Shown piece by piece: positions 62,026 through 64,000 of a stretch of 64,000 nucleotides of DNA; positions within the stretch are counted from its first letter, which is position 1, and every line of letters starts with the position of its first letter. Source of the stretch: the human T2T-CHM13v2.0 reference genome, Homo sapiens; assembly GCA_009914755.4 (NCBI GenBank), contig CP068257.2, forward strand, positions 32,832,001-32,896,000, written 5' to 3'. Both the position numbers and the translations under genes were made by a program. The notes beneath the pieces are model-generated. The model worked only from the letters and a program-made list of their open reading frames with translations. It searched no databases and had not been told where the DNA came from.

Positions 62026-64000
62026 GCCCCGCCCACCCCTCCTTCCCCAACCTTGTGATACCTTCCACCATGTCATGGCAAGAAGGCCCTTGCCAGATGT
62101 GGCCCCTCCATCCTGGGTTCCCAGTCTCCAGAACCATGAGCCAAATGCATTTCTGTCTGTTACAAATTATGTACGGTGTGGTTTTCTGTGATGAACACAG
62201 TGCTGTACCAGGGCCCTCTTGCCAAGACAGCCAGCTTATAGGAGCCTGCATGTGAGGCCCGGACGTCCTACAGAGCAGCAGTTAGAGGTCTGGCCTTCTG
62301 GATAGGCACTGCCCTGCCCTGCACACAGGACCTTGGTGGGGCATGATGGGGCTCTTCACCACGCTGCCCTCATTTTAGGAGGTGGGCAACCCTTTCTCCC
62401 CCTTCTCCATGTGCTTCTGCAGTTGGAAGAAGTGAGGGGGGTTCAGACACACTTAAGCTGAGCTTAGAGCAAAGCATGTCCCTCAAGGTGACCTTGCCGC
62501 ATGGCCTGAACCTAGAATTCCCCTGACCAGGGTGGACAGCCATCACCATGGGCCTTTCTGCCTGGCCTAGTATGGCTCTCCTTCGAACTCACCTAGACCC
62601 TTGCATCAAAGGACTCGGGGACTCTGCTGCAGTCATCCTAGCACGGTCGAGAGGAGTAGGAAGGTGCCCAGCGGCTCAGCCTTTAAGGAGGTCTATTGGT
62701 CACCATTGCTTCTGCCTTCTTGAGAACCATCACCCTCGGAGGATCCGGTAGTGTATCCCAGTCAAGTGTCAAATGCGTTGTTCCCTGGAGAGGAAGGCTT
62801 ATTTCCAGAAAGTACTCTGACGTTTTGTAATTTGTGATTTCTATCACTGGCTCAGTGGCCTACCCACTGCTCAGCTCATGTGGCATGACCAGGCTGGGGC
62901 GTCGGGTCATCTTGTTCTCTGGGTGTGTGGCAACACTGGTTTATGGCGTAATTTCCTTCCTGAGAAGAAATTCAGTAATTTCTAATATTCAGGGCTTTAG
63001 GTAGAGGCCTGAAAATCACTCTCCATGCCTCTTTCAGTATTTTATATATAGTTGTCTCTTGGTATCCATGGGGTTTGGTTCCAGAATCCCCTGCAGATAC
63101 CAAAATTTGCGAATGTTCAAGTCCTTTATATATAGTGGCATAGTATTTGCATATAACCTATGCATATCAGCCAATCATAGATGGTGATTTAAATCATCTC
63201 TTGATTACTTCTAACACCTAATACTATGTAAATGCTTTGTAAGTAGTTGTTACCTGGCATTTTTTATTTGTTTTATTTTTGTTGTTGTTTCATTAATTTT
63301 ATTTTATTTTTGGAATATTTTCAGTCCATTGTTGGTTGAATCCACAGATGCAGAAGCCTTAGACACAGAGGGCCGACCACACCTATGTATGCTGTTCTTA
63401 AAGTAGCAACATATTTGTTCTGAACATAGAAGAAATTAGTCGTCTATTAGACTTTAAGGGAGTAAATATGGTCCAAGTTGATTTTTAAATTTAGCAAATA
63501 GTCATAGACATATCAGTGTCTTACAGAAAATATTTATTGGAATGCTCACTCTCTCATTTGGGATACTGCTTTGCCTTGCTGTGTCTTAAGAATGTCATCA
63601 GAGCATCACACACTTGAAAAACGTTTTTAAAAGGATATGATGATAATTAAGACCTTCTCCCCAACCCCTGCCCATTATCCAAGATCAATGTTTTTTTCCT
63701 TTATCCTGATTTTAAAATCAAGTACACTTTATTGAGGCATACTTTACATGAAGCAAAATGTACCCTTTCTAAATATGATAAGTTTGATGAGTTTTCAACA
63801 GATGTATACAGCTGTTACCATGACTGTGTCTTTACCCAGGTTCTTGCATTGCTCAATCCAGATACAGAATGTCTCCATCACCCTGACAAGTTCCTTTGTG
63901 CCGCACCCTCTAGCCAATCATCTGTTTTGAGGAGAGTTTTAAAACAAAGGTTTTTGTTCTTTTTCACTGATGACCATAACCTACCACAGACAGGGTCTCT

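Overview
This window is human genomic DNA from the KCNE1 locus on chromosome 21q22.12. The 21p paralogue KCNE1B is near-identical, so the sequence alone cannot distinguish the two. KCNE1 lies on the minus strand. Positions 1-190 (minus) encode the first 63 codons of KCNE1 ([63 protein letters not shown]...), with the start codon at 190-188. A 3' splice acceptor at 241-242 begins this coding exon. The remaining ~63.8 kb is therefore KCNE1 upstream intron and 5' region. It contains a CpG-island promoter at ~9.9-10.8 kb that carries two good minus-strand 5' splice-site matches, consistent with non-coding first exon(s) of KCNE1. About half of the window is recognisable interspersed repeat. This includes roughly 20 Alu copies, many with clean target-site duplications. 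It also includes a THE1-type MaLR LTR, MIR fragments, a ~10 kb nest of L1 elements at 18.3-28.4 kb, other L1 3' fragments, and a near-full-length decayed L1 of ~7 kb at 43.4-50.5 kb. I found no additional protein-coding gene, no RNA gene and nothing resembling a previously undescribed biological system. The window is eukaryotic, so prokaryotic feature types such as CRISPR do not apply. The observations worth a second look are structural. They are two alternative splice donors in the CpG island, a local ~160-bp duplication just upstream of the coding exon, an L1-3'-fragment/Alu composite flanked by a single TSD, a cluster with tandemly repeated Alu left monomers, and an A-tailed ~1.7 kb segment of unknown family. 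All coordinates for repeats are by-eye approximations (about +/-10 bp).
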